Positions 24,477 to 35,984 are shown, counted from the whole stretch's first letter. The stretch is DNA of 62,134 nucleotides, filler included, from Squatina squatina (GCA_031763465.1; 4 parts of 3 records of this genome joined end to end with filler, not necessarily neighbours in it), one strand, 5' to 3'. Notes: a model not told the origin generated them from the letters alone. Numbers and translations: made by a program.

Positions 24477-25286
24477 AGAAAAGTTGAGAAATGAATATGA
24501 AATCCAAGGAAAATCCCTAGTAATACCACCTATAAAAAATTATTTATCAAAGGAACATTCTTACAATAGGGCTTCATTTGCTGCTTAACATCTACGCTAA
24601 TGGAAACAAACTGGGACTTTTTCTAAAGTAATAAACAGGAAATTCTTATAAGTGAACTTCACTGCATTATACAGAACAGTAAATAGGTAGGAGGCAGCTG
24701 AAGTAAATAGTGTAAACTTAAAGATTCAGATGACGTTTGTAACCCAGTCAAGTACCATTCTTGTGGTTTACAGTGTCAGGGGGTGCTCTGTTATTAGTGT
24801 CTGACTCCCTCTTCTCAGCCATTCTAGGTTTTATCCGCATTGCACTGTTTTATAACACTGAAGTCAGGTTGAAGTTTTCTATAACATATATGCAACATAA
24901 TTCTAATATTCTCTTCAGAGCATATGGACTGGGCAAGCCAAATTAGCACTAATACTATGGAGGATGAATTCCTGGAATGTATACGGTTAGTTTTCCAGAT
25001 CAGTATGTTGAGGAACCAACTCGGTAACAGGCTATTTTAGATATTGTGCAATGAGAAAGGATTAATCAATAATCTTGTTGTAAAGGGGCCCTTAGGGATG
25101 AGTAACCATAATATCATTGAATTCTTCAACAAGTTTGAAAGTGATGTAGCTCAATCCGAACCTAGGGTCTTAAATCTAAACAAAGGNNNNNNNNNNNNNN
25201 NNNNNNNNNNNNNNNNNNNNNNNNNNNNNNNNNNNNNNNNNNNNNNNNNNNNNNNNNNNNNNNNNNNNNNNNNNNNNNNNNNNNNN

Positions 25287-25410
25287 CCACCTGCCCCACC
25301 TGTGGCAGAGTTTGCATATCCCGTATAGGACTATTTAGTCACCTCAGAACCCACAACTCCAGAGTGGTAGCAAGTCATCCTCGACCCCGAGGGACTGCCT
25401 AAGAAGAAGA
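25287..25410 (+). mobile_element. RTE-clade LINE 3' end
   Basis: TCPTCGRVCISRIGLFSHLRTH zinc knuckle and (AAG)n tail; same family as 35343-35745. Confidence 0.8.
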
Positions 25411-26367
25411 CAACATTCTGGAGTTAAGTCCCTCATATATGCAGTACTAATATCATGCTTGATTTTGGTGCTTTGCAAGGTTCAGTTCGGCAAATGTTGA
25501 ACAGTGGATGCAGCCTCTTACCAATCACTGGTTCATACCAATACAATGTTGTGGGCTACAATTGACGTTCTTTGCTTTAATCCAAATGACGGGGCACCAA
25601 TTTTTCATCATAAAATGACTTTGCAAGGTGCATCATATCTCAGCATTTAGTATGTGGAGAGATAAATGAATGATTAATAAGATGAAATAAATATAGATAT
25701 GATGCACTGTGATTCTCTGCATTGGCAAAGTTAAAATGAAGCAATTTCTTGCAGTTTAACAAAGAGTATCGATTTCACAAGTCATCAGCTGTGTAGAAAT
25801 GATTTTTGTCTTGAGATGCTTGTATAACTCTAACTGCTTCTTGCATTTACTGGAAATACTTTACCGGAAGTGTCAATTACTTACTGGATGTGACCAATGG
25901 GTGTTNNNNNNNNNNNNNNNNNNNNNNNNNNNNNNNNNNNNNNNNNNNNNNNNNNNNNNNNNNNNNNNNNNNNNNNNNNNNNNNNNNNNNNNNNNNNNNN
26001 NNNNNTGTAAAGCTCTTTGACGCATCCGGTGGTCGTGAAAGGCACTATATAAATGCAAGTCTTTCTTTTTCCTTTTTTTAATCAGAGGGCAATAGAAAAC
26101 CATGGCAGGTTTTTCAAAAGATTTGGATGATAAGAAAAGTAGCAATAATCCAGAATCATAGTAAGGCAACTGATGGGAGGTTTGGAATGGCAGGCTATTG
26201 GCAGTCACCAGCCCAAAACATTACGATGTTACTATTTTCAATGAGTTGAATGCATTTTTTATAAACTAAATAAGAATTATTTTAAGGCGTGACAAAATGT
26301 TTAATAGCTAAAGATACCATAGTCTTTTTTTTCTATTTCAGGTTTATTTTAGAAGCTGCTGCCTGCA

Positions 26368-26526
26368 ATGATGAAAGGATTCAGTGTTTTTTTCTACCTG
26401 GCTCTTTCAGTTAGCATCTATCAGCCTCTCACTGCTGAAACCAGAAGGCTGCATTTCGGGCGATGCTCCTTGATGGTGAACTTACAAGAAATCAGAGAAT
26501 ACTTCTCAGAAATCAAGCAGATTATA
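26368..26526 (+). CDS. IL20: IL-20-like cytokine paralog A, coding exon 1 (signal peptide plus helix A)
   Basis: Acceptor tttcag| at 26341; MMKGFSVFFYLALSVSIYQPLTAETRRLHFGRCSLMVNLQEIREYFSEIKQII|gtaag; resembles human IL20 [23 protein letters not shown]. The symbol denotes the IL-19/20/24 group. Confidence 0.85.
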
Positions 26527-26615
26527 GTAAGAAAAACACTCGGGCACTCCTTTTATTCTTGGCTTTTGAATGAAAATGACTTGATGTCTAATAAAACAAT
26601 ATTTTATTTTGACAG

Positions 26616-26678
26616 CAAGCGGAAGATGCCTTCACTGACATCAGGCTTCTGACTGAATCTACATTTCATGGCATTCAG
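26616..26678 (+). CDS. IL20: IL-20-like paralog A, coding exon 2 (remaining exons not visible, probably in the gap)
   Basis: 63-nt phase-0 exon, gacag| to |gtactc; QAEDAFTDIRLLTESTFHGIQ, 17/21 identical to paralog B. Confidence 0.85.
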
Positions 26679-29278
26679 GTACTCATTGTGCCAAGAGATT
26701 TATTGTGTACTTTTTGATGCAAAGTTACATTTGATAATCTCACAATCAATATAGTTGCATCATAAATTTAATTTAATTGATGCTTTTGAAAAAATAACAT
26801 TGGTCCTCAGTTAGTTTGTGGGCATCTGTATGATGTTGGTTGTTAGCTTATCATTAAATATTTCTATAGCCAACTAGGTTTTTGTATCTGCTTATTGAAT
26901 AATTTGATTAACAAACAGGTTGTAAAATCACAGTTTTTATGATGCTAGAGCTGCTAAGGAGTTATTTAAAGAACTTATACATTTAAATTAGAAAGTAAAA
27001 TTTAATTCCTTCTACAGAAAGNNNNNNNNNNNNNNNNNNNNNNNNNNNNNNNNNNNNNNNNNNNNNNNNNNNNNNNNNNNNNNNNNNNNNNNNNNNNNNN
27101 NNNNNNNNNNNNNNNNNNNNNGAGGCTGGGAACCGAGTCTAATCTTGTCGTGACCCAAAATCCACATAATCGTTTCCCAGCAGGGGGTTGACGATAACAA
27201 TCAGGACTGGGAAATTGGGCAGATTTTTGCTACTCCCAAACCTTGGGCACAGAGGCCAACTGCAATGCATCAGGCTGAGATCACTAAACTCAGCACAGAT
27301 TTGGCCAGGAGTGGGGGACGCGAAGAAATCAAACCTGAAACATCCCTGCTGTGTGGCTCACAACGTAGGGTGCAGACACCCACCGAGGAGGGGGAAAGCT
27401 ACCAACGTCTTAACGCTTCTAGTGAAATATGTGCAAACGAGTGAAGACATAAGGCAATTTTTAGGGGCGAGTCTGAAGGTTTTGGATGGGACCCGCTTAT
27501 TCATTGAGCGACCGATCGGGATTGCATCAGAGCTTTATTCTTCCACAAGTTTGGCTTTGAAAGTCGTGTCAATAGGAGCAGTGTGGACTTTAACATACAA
27601 TAGAACTACTTTGAAGTGTAGTAATTATTTATTTATTTATTTTAATCACAGCTGAGCGTAGCACAAAGCAACGCGATGAATGACCAGTTAATCTGTTTTT
27701 TGCTGGTTTTATGGAGGGATGTCACAAGGGCACATTCAATCTGAACCAGCAGAACTTACAGACTAGGCCTTGGTTTAGTATTTCATGCGAATGGCAATGT
27801 AACAAGCACGCTACCACGTGAACCAAGCTATTGGATAGACAGACGATGACAACATCAACAAAAAAAAACCCAAGGTGAGAAACGGGTAAGCTGAGCTGTG
27901 GAACCAGAGTTTCAAGAAGGGACCAGAAGCTTGGGGTTTCAGATAATTTTTCAAAGATGGAGAGAAAAGTGGAGAGGTGAAAGGGTTAAGGAGGTAGCTC
28001 CAAAGCAGAAGGCCAAAGCAGATGAATGCACTGCCGTGAGTAGTGGGTGAAGGAACCAGGATGCACAAAAGACCAAAAAGTCAGGGGACTGAAAAGTGTG
28101 GGTGACAAGGTTAGGGCAAAGGAGGTTTCAAGAGATGGCCAGGCAAGGCCATGGAGTTATATTGTCCTGGAACAGAACTGAGGGTTTGCTAATGCATTAT
28201 TTTTTTAAAAATTATTATTAGGTGCATCACTTGCCAGAGCAATAATTAGGCGCTCATACTACACTGGGATATATCTGAACTTTGATTATAATTCAGTCCC
28301 TCACTCGTAGCAACCTGTGGCAAGACTTCAAACTATATATTTCCAGCACAGAAACAGGCCATTCAGCCAAACGGGTCGATGCTGGTGTTTATGCTCTACA
28401 CAAACCTTCCCCCACCTTACTTCATCGAATCCCATCAACATACCCTTCTGTTCCTTTCTTGGGATGGAGCTTCACATTGTATTAAGCCATATTAATATCT
28501 ACCCGGGGAATGTTTGATACTGAAAATGATGAGGAAAAGGAAAAATGTTCCATTTCCCCATTCAATTTGATAAGTATAAAATATATGGACAGGAAAAAGA
28601 ATAAACTGACTGTAACTCACACTCCCCTACTTTTCCTTTCTATCTCTTTTTTCTCGCTCTCTTAATCCACTCTTTTTTCCCTTTCTTTATTTCTCTTTCG
28701 GTCTCTAATTTGACTCTAATTCACCCTATTTTCTTCTCCACCATTCACTCTATTTCTTTCTCTCTCCTTTTGTTTCATTCATTGAGGAGATAAACCAATT
28801 GGCACGCCAGCCATGAGGTCCCACATGCGATGTTGACATCACTGCGCCATTGTCAATTTGCACTTCCAGCAATTTGCGGTGCAGCGATATGAAGGGTGAG
28901 GTTAAAAAGTCCAATTAACGCCGCTCGCTGCAAGATGGGCCATGCCAGCAATTCCTAGATCAATGAATGAATTAGTTTTTGCTGAGGCTGGCGATTGTGT
29001 GGAACAAACTACCAGAGATGCAGAGTGGGAGATGGTGCAGAGAAATTGAAGGGAGACGTTTATAGATATTTGACAGAGTGGGTGATTGAGAGAGAGCAAT
29101 TTGGAGGGGGTCGGGGGTTGGCCAGATGAGGTGTGGTATCTTTTCCAGTCCCATATTTCCCTGTAGTCCTATGTCAGTATGTTATATCAGTGTAAGTTTT
29201 TAGAATTGTCCAGAAAGTGTTCAAGCATCTCCTCCCAGTTTTTATTTTTTTTATTTCTAACCCCAGCACATTTAAGAG

Positions 29279-29482
29279 GGAAGTGAAAATGCTTAAAAAC
29301 AGAATTGCTGTAAATTCAAGAAAGTGATTTCAGTTTCAGGCGCCCGGTAATCCACAGCAGGTGGAATCAAGGACAATATTATGCAAATGACTGAGGAAAT
29401 CAAATTTGAACGCCCGAGGAAGTTCTTACCTGCGTGTGAGGAGCAGGAGAATTTCCCACTCTGCTGGGCAGGTGTATATAAA
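29279..29482 (+). promoter_or_regulatory. Proximal promoter of IL-20-like paralog B
   Basis: GGAAGTGAAA (EICE) 29279-88; TTTCAGTTTC (ISRE-like) 29328-37; ATGCAAAT octamer 29381-88; TGAGGAAAT (C/EBP) 29392-400; GGAGAATTTCCC (NF-kB-like) 29446-57; TATATAAA 29475-82. Confidence 0.7.
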
Positions 29483-29504
29483 GGGGACAAACGGTGCAGA
29501 GATC

Positions 29505-29549
29505 CGCACACCTGAAGAAGGCGAGGAAACAGCCAGCTCCAACATTCAG
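29505..29549 (+). other. Probable non-coding first exon of IL-20-like paralog B (start approximate)
   Basis: Lies about 25-30 nt after the TATA box and ends at a strong donor cag|gtaagc; an acceptor tgtag| lies 20 nt before the ATG. Confidence 0.65.
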
Positions 29550-30375
29550 GTAAGCTGCACTCTACCCAGGTGTTAGTGTTCCGCTTCTCCGGTGGGAGGT
29601 CTCCCTTAAGTGTTCTAGAATACAAATCTGATTCTTCTATCGGAATATTTCAAAGTGGAAGATATCAGGCAATTTTTAGCTAGGATTTTCGGCTAAATGT
29701 TCTTTCTCGTGTGCTTAACTTGTGAGATACACTGAAATAAAATGCTTCAGTTGAATAAAATGTGCAGAGGGTCGACAGCACCGCGGCTTCAGGCTGCAAG
29801 TAAGTATGAAATGATTTGATATATTAATGATTTGCCTTAATAACAACTCCAAAAGTAGGCTTTTGGTTGCAAAGTGCTTTGGGACGCCCCGAAAATCTGA
29901 CAGACGCGATATAAATAACACTTTATAGATAAATACTATTTTTTGTCATAATTCCGTGTTGCAATTTTTCTTTATTACACCAGTAGAACACCGAGTTGTT
30001 GCAGAATGAAACCTCAATTGATACGATGATTGAGTTTGATTGAATCCATGAATTGTTCGTTGTCAGATCAAGTAATGAACGAATATCAAGAAAATAGAGC
30101 ATTCGATTCTGGACGATCAGATTATAAATAGAGACTTTAATTAAATATCAGATATTAAACTCATTGGAATTCTAATCAAGGCCATTGGGAAAATGAAACA
30201 TTGAAGAAACCCACTAAAATCAGTGTCCTGTTTCAAGTTATTTACATTCCTGGTGCAGTAGTGCATCCTTGTTCAATAAGGTCTGATTTTGCATCGGATT
30301 GTATGTTTACGATCCAAACACAGAACCTGGTGGTTATTGATCGCTTATGTTGTAGGTTTCTTGCTGCTTATAACC

Positions 30376-30528
30376 ATGGAAGGTCCTGGTGCTTGTTTCT
30401 TCCTGGCGGTTCTTGTCACCTCTCAGCCCATCGCCGCTCAAACCAAGAGGTTGCATTTTGGACAGTGCTCCGTGACCGCGAATATGGCCGCAATCCAGGA
30501 GGCATTCTCAGATATCAGGCAGGCAATA
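30376..30528 (+). CDS. IL20: IL-20-like cytokine paralog B, coding exon 1
   Basis: Kozak ACCATGG; MEGPGACFFLAVLVTSQPIAAQTKRLHFGQCSVTANMAAIQEAFSDIRQAI|gtgagt. Confidence 0.9.
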
Positions 30529-30642
30529 GTGAGTACTGACCGAGCTCCATCGCCCTGTTCACATCCCTTACAGCGTGATTATCCGCCACGGAACATTTGG
30601 AAAATATGCTAAAAGATGTTTGCTCCAATTTTGTCTCGGCAG

Positions 30643-30705
30643 CAAGCGGAAGATGCAGCAGATGATGTGAGGCTTCTAACGAAATCTACGTTTCATGGCA
30701 TCCAG
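30643..30705 (+). CDS. IL20: IL-20-like paralog B, coding exon 2
   Basis: 63 nt; QAEDAADDVRLLTKSTFHGIQ; AG/GT boundaries, phase 0. Confidence 0.9.
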
Positions 30706-30912
30706 GTACAGCACCTTCTGGCTCCAACTAACTCACCAGTGAACCTGCCGTTCAAGTTAGCCCTGTAAAGAAAAGAAATTCATATAAATAGTGATTTTGT
30801 TGCTGTATTTAGCAGATTACTCAACAACTTTACATGTGGATATCCATTTGTAAGGTTCTCTTTGTGAGATCCTTGATTCCAAAACATTCCAAATTTGTAG
30901 CAGAGATTAAAA

Positions 30913-31350
30913 GAAAAGTAAGACTTGCATTTATATAGCGCCTTTCAGACCAGCGGACGTCTTTACAGCCAATGAAGTACTTTTTGGAGTATAGTCACTG
31001 TTGTAATGCAGGAAATGCAGCAGCCAATTTGTGCACAGCAAGCTCCCACAAACAGCAATGTGATAATGACCAGATAATCTGCTGTAGTGATGTTGATTGA
31101 GGGATAAATATTGCCCAGGACACTAGGGAAAACTCCTCTGTTCATTTTCGAAATAATGCTGTGGGATATGAGAGAGAAGGTGGGGCCTTGGTTTAAAGTC
31201 CCATCTGAAAGACAGCACCTCGGACAGTGCAGCACTCCCTCAGCACTGCTGTGAAGTTTCTGTCCAGAATTCTGGCCTCAAATTCTGGAGTGGGACTTGA
31301 ACCCACAAACTTCTGACTCAGAGGTGAGGGTGCTCACCCACTGAGTCAGT
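30913..31350 (-). mobile_element. Near full-length tRNA-derived Deu-domain SINE (SacSINE1-like) in an intron
   Basis: tRNA-like head (actcagtggg...ggttcaagtcccactcc), central cagtgctgagggagtgctgcactgtc and Deu-like gtcctgggcaatatttatccctc, and a gctatataaatgcaagtc tail. Confidence 0.8.
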
Positions 31351-31627
31351 GCTCGCCCTGTAATCAAGCCTACGTTCTGCTTAATAATGCTACTAATTAA
31401 TATATAACATATATTACAACATCCATTTGTTACATTGGCGAATGGGCTCATGTATTTTATTAACTGGTTTGTTAGGATTACCAAGTGGTTACTTAAGGCG
31501 CCTCCAGCACATATTTAAATTAGTATCTAAATTAGATCCTTGCCTATAGAATGAGAGCCGTAAATGGAAGGGGAGCTGCTTTTCCCACCCATTCCCCTCA
31601 CCCAACTGTCCGTACTCTCATTTGCAG

Positions 31628-31780
31628 GCAGAGGAGAGCTGCTGTTTTCTGCGCCATATGTTGAGATTCTACGTGGAGACTGTCTTCAAACATCACACCC
31701 CATCCAGTTCCCTTATCGAGAAGAGGACCCACAGTTTGGCCAACTCCTTCCTCAGCATCAAGAGAGATCTCCGGCAATGT
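31628..31780 (+). CDS. IL20: IL-20-like paralog B, coding exon 3
   Basis: 153 nt, the typical IL-10-family exon 3 size; AEESCCFLRHMLRFYVETVFKHHTPSSSLIEKRTHSLANSFLSIKRDLRQC. Confidence 0.93.
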
Positions 31781-31977
31781 GTAAGTGACCAGGCCAGAAG
31801 AATCCTCACTTGTTTTGAACAGTTTATTGTACATAATGCCAATTTTAGACGTCGTTTCAAGATTATTTGTAATGTTGTAGCATCATTCTGTGTCAACTAT
31901 TGTGCTCTGAATGGTTCTTTAATTGACCACTGCAGTATGTAGGTCTTCCTCTCACTATTACTTTCTTTATTGGACAG

Positions 31978-32052
31978 CATGCAGAGATGAAGTGCCATTG
32001 TGGAGAAGAATCCAGAGTTAAGATGAAGCGGATTCAAAGTACATTTGAAGAG
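31978..32052 (+). CDS. IL20: IL-20-like paralog B, coding exon 4
   Basis: 75 nt; HAEMKCHCGEESRVKMKRIQSTFEE (IL-19/20 CHCGEE motif). Confidence 0.93.
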
Positions 32053-32672
32053 GTATATTGATGATACCTCTTTCATTTCATTCCTGTAACAAAGAGAATA
32101 GCTGCTTTCCATAGTGTAGCACTGATCACTCTCTGTATGTGCAACCCTTCATATATATATATATATATAAAATGACTGGGAGAGACAGACTGTAAATATC
32201 ACACCCAATATAACTCCTTAACATTCATTTCACCCAGAACAAAGCTCAGACATGGATTCGATCTTGACATAGATGACGTTGAAAGCTGTAGTTGAATTCC
32301 AAGTATTGAGCCCTGAACGGAAGCCACCTGCAATCATTGTTCATGTTTCACTTGTCCTCCTCTCAGTGCCCACACAGAACACTCCGCTCTAAAAGAACGG
32401 ACAATTTGGGATGTTCGAGAAGCACAGTCACAACCCATAGTGTCAGGCCACACCTCCTGTTGAGCTATCCACAGCAGGATTGAGAGTAGGCCTGGTAGTA
32501 TCCATGGACACTGCGAATCCATAGCCGATACTATCTGACCCTCCACACTGAAGGAGGAAGAGTAGTAGTGGGAAACTTAGCAAGGAGGAAAAGACAAGTT
32601 TTCTCCCTTGAGTTGTTATGATGCCTGGAGTTTGTGCCTCATATTACCAAATAAATCTCTGTCCTTTTTCAG

Positions 32673-32741
32673 TTGGATCTAAATGCAGCTGCTGTTAAAG
32701 CCATTGGTGAAATAGATATTCTCCTAGAATGGATGGAATGA
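32673..32741 (+). CDS. IL20: IL-20-like paralog B, coding exon 5 (with stop)
   Basis: LDLNAAAVKAIGEIDILLEWME*; matches the IL-10-family signature KAxGELDILLxWME; spliced protein is 170 aa. Confidence 0.93.
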   Translation: MDLNAAAVKAIGEIDILLEWME

Positions 32742-33435
32742 TCTCACCAGAACTACGCACTGCCTCACAGCATACAGCATGGAGGACTAGAAGATGCTAC
32801 ACACAAAGAAATGCTTAGATAAAGAACACCTGAGAATTGAAATTTTATATTTAGTTGACAAATTGTGCTTTTGTTAAGTCCTTGATACCACAACCCCATG
32901 AGAATGCTAAAGCTGTTTTATTTTTTGTTGTTTCACTTTATGCTGAGTTTTGGTATATTACCGACAGTACATACATATGGCGCTAAGTGCCAGTCATCTG
33001 AATAGTGAGTATAATAAGGGATGTGTGTACTTTTAATCATCAGATAACCTTGTGTTTGTCAAGTTTTTAATATTACTCATCTGTCACGTGGATAGGATCT
33101 GAATGCATTCGATTTCAGAAGACATTCATTTTGTTAGTCCATGTTTAAAATGCAATATTTCATGTCGATACATGAAAATAGATCTAGTAAGTACATATTG
33201 TACTGTTTAGTGCTTATTATGCTTATTAAGGCCAATGAATACCAGTATAAACACATTGTTTTCGGGTCTTCCGATATTATTCTTTGTGCTGTGCTTATTG
33301 AAATATCATGCTATGAAGTTATAAAAGAGCTGTGTTTTTATGAGTGTAAGTTAAAGGAGAGATATTACAATCAATGAGAAAACCATCACCCATTAATTCA
33401 CAGATGTAGAATTGCTCTGGTTCACAATCACCGGC

Positions 33436-33441
33436 AATAAA
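33436..33441 (+). terminator. Putative polyadenylation signal of IL-20-like paralog B
   Basis: AATAAA about 700 nt after the stop, following an AT-rich 3' UTR. Confidence 0.5.
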
Positions 33442-33498
33442 TAGCATCTAACATTTTAAAAAAGCATAGATAAGAGTTTCAGCAGCAGTGGGTGAATT

Positions 33499-34248
33499 AG
33501 GGGGTGGAGGCTGTAGGATAGTGTGTAATACAATCGGTTAACAGCTTGGCATAGTTAAAGAACATCATGAGTTAGCAAGTACAGGAGGCTGGCCGAAAGG
33601 CACAGATAGAGAGAGAATGTACAGACCGGCAAGAGAGACTAGCTGAATTCTACTGAATATACAGAACAGGTTTCTTGAGCAAGAATATATATAAAAATAG
33701 AACCAGAAGCAACTGGCATACATGTAAATAACTGCAGTATTGGCGAACACTAGATATAGATAAATCGGCTGCTTAACTTAGATGGAACTTACATATCACA
33801 TGACTTTAGTAGTGCATAGTCAAGTGGGGAGGGGGCTACCATGAAACAGACAAGTCTAAATGTAATGTGAAGGTACTGGGATAAGCTCAAGAAAAACACT
33901 AAGGAAAACAAGATATGGGGATCTTGAGAAGAGATAAAAGCTATGCCCTCATGTCTAACAGTTTACGGTAGGTTCAGACAAAGGGATGACACATGGTACT
34001 AGGGTTACATCATATCTTATGACCAACATAGGCATGTTATAGTAAAGGTGTAAGTGTAAAATACAATGTATCTTTGGGAAGTACTTCTGACCAAGAACTG
34101 GCCAAAATCGGTGATGCTCTTGCGCCTTAATTGTTGGTATAATAGACATATTTGCTTGCTTGTAATCACATATATGTTCAATAAATCTTTAAAGTTAATT
34201 GGTCTCTCGAGTCTGAGCCTTTTTTACAAATGGACTGGAAGTCCTACA
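33499..34248 (+). mobile_element. Polypurine tract plus LTR (737 bp) of an LTR retroelement/ERV
   Basis: PPT AGGGGGTGGAGG at 33499-33510; LTR ends TGTAGGA (33512) and TCCTACA (34248) are perfect 7-bp inverted termini; AATAAA at 34180. Confidence 0.7.
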
Positions 34249-34361
34249 CGATATAAGACCAACAGAAGCATGTAATCATACATCAGTGGATTAAGCAGTA
34301 TAGCTTATGGGTATGATGTAGTTTGGAATCTCAGTACTGGGTTCAACAAAACATCAAGGTT

Positions 34362-34440
34362 TAGAACATAGAACATAGAACATAGAACATACAGCACATA
34401 ACAGGCCCTTCGGCCCACGATGTTGTGCCGAACCTTTGTC
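34362..34440 (-). mobile_element. CR1/HER1-type LINE 3' tail with (TTCTATG)n
   Basis: (agaacat)x4 followed by acaggcccttcggcccac. Confidence 0.7.
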
Positions 34441-35129
34441 CCAGATCAGAAAACAAATTAATCTACACGGTGCGTGTCTTGGAGGAGAATGGAGCGGTCC
34501 TGGAATATTGTTGCTCTTAGCCTTCTTGGTGGTAAGAGATTGTGGGTGCTGTTGAAGCAAGCTTGGTGAGTCTGTGATTCTTAATGGAATAGATAAATTG
34601 AATCATAATAAAATGTTTGAAATTCCCACAAACTGTAGAACAAAGGGACATGTCTTCAAGCTCAGAAGAGGGAAGATGCACAGAAGGTTTCAATTTAACT
34701 ATTTTATCCTGGATACTCAGCATTATATCTTTCAAAGAATTTTACACACCTACTATTGTTGTTGATCAATAGCCCTGGAAAGTGTTTGGAGAAGGGTCTT
34801 TAGATTGATGTCTAGTTTAAAGGCCCTTAGTTATCAGGGCAGGCTTAGAGAGCTGGAATTTTTACTTTGGAGAAGTGTAGCCTACAAGGAAAACGGATTG
34901 AGGCCTTTAAAATAATGAAAGGATTAGAAACAGTTCCTGTGGTTAGGCTGTCTGAGTCAAGCAGATTACCAGGACCAGGAACAGAGATATAAATGACAAA
35001 AACATAGAACTAACTTAAATGCTTGGTGGTACTTTTTTTTCCCCCCCGCAGTGTTGTTGAACTCCAGACTCAGTTGCCAGGTGGTGTTGTGAATGTGGAT
35101 TCATTGCAAGCACTCAAAAGGGAACTGGA

Positions 35130-35342
35130 TGATCAAAAGGTAGACTTTGTCGTGGATCCCATGGGCTTTTACTTTTGTTACAAATCTGCCACGTGGGACC
35201 TTATCAAAAGCCTTGCTAAAATCCATATAGACTATATCAAATGCACGACTCTCGTCGACCCTCCTTGTAGTCTCCTCGAAAAATTCCATCATGTTCGTGA
35301 GCCACCACCTTCCCTTAACAAATCCATGCTGACTGTCTCTAA
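35130..35342 (-). mobile_element. CR1 reverse transcriptase fragment
   Basis: DSQHGFVKGRWWLTNMMEFFEE...DIVYMDFSKAFDKVP. Confidence 0.88.
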
Positions 35343-35745
35343 TTCTTCTTTTTCTTCTTAGTAGGCAGCCCCTCAGGGTCAAGGATGATTTGCTTCCACT
35401 ACGGAGTTATGGGTTCTGAGGTGACTAAATAGTCCTATACTGGATCTGCAAACTCTACCACAGGGGGGGAAGATGGTATTTGATGGGACGAGTGGGTGGG
35501 ATGCTCGCGTTTCTGCACGCTCCTTCCGCTGCCTGTGCTTGGCCTCCACGTGCTCCCGCCGGAGAATCTCAAAACGGTTAGCGCCTTCGTGGATGCTTCT
35601 CCTCCATTTCGAGCGGTCTTCGGCCAAAGATCCCTATGAGTCGGTGGGGATGTTGCATTTTTTCAGTGAAGCATTTGAGGATGTCCTCGATGCGTTTCTT
35701 CTGCCCTCCTCAAAGGCATTTGCCATGATGGAGCTCGGAATATCG
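35343..35745 (-). mobile_element. RTE-clade LINE 3' end, abutting or inserted into the CR1 fragment
   Basis: AEDRSKWRRSIHEGANRFE...CGRVCRSSIGLFSHLRTH and an (AAG)n-like tail. Confidence 0.85.
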
Positions 35746-35984
35746 NNNNNNNNNNNNNNNNNNNNNNNNNNNNNNNNNNNNNNNNNNNNNNNNNNNNNNN
35801 NNNNNNNNNNNNNNNNNNNNNNNNNNNNNNNNNNNNNNNNNNNNNAAGTTGGTAATTTTGTAACTGTTCAAATGCCTGCAGACATGGTCCTTATCATATT
35901 TGTAACACGATGCTGTTCTAACACATTAGCAGAAGTTGGTTTGTACAAAAACCCATGTCTCTTTCATCTCATTTCTTTACCTAC

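Noticed and set aside
28221-28300. Missing last exon of IL-20-like paralog A
   Set aside because: No KAxGExDIL signature in any frame I read between 27122 and 29270
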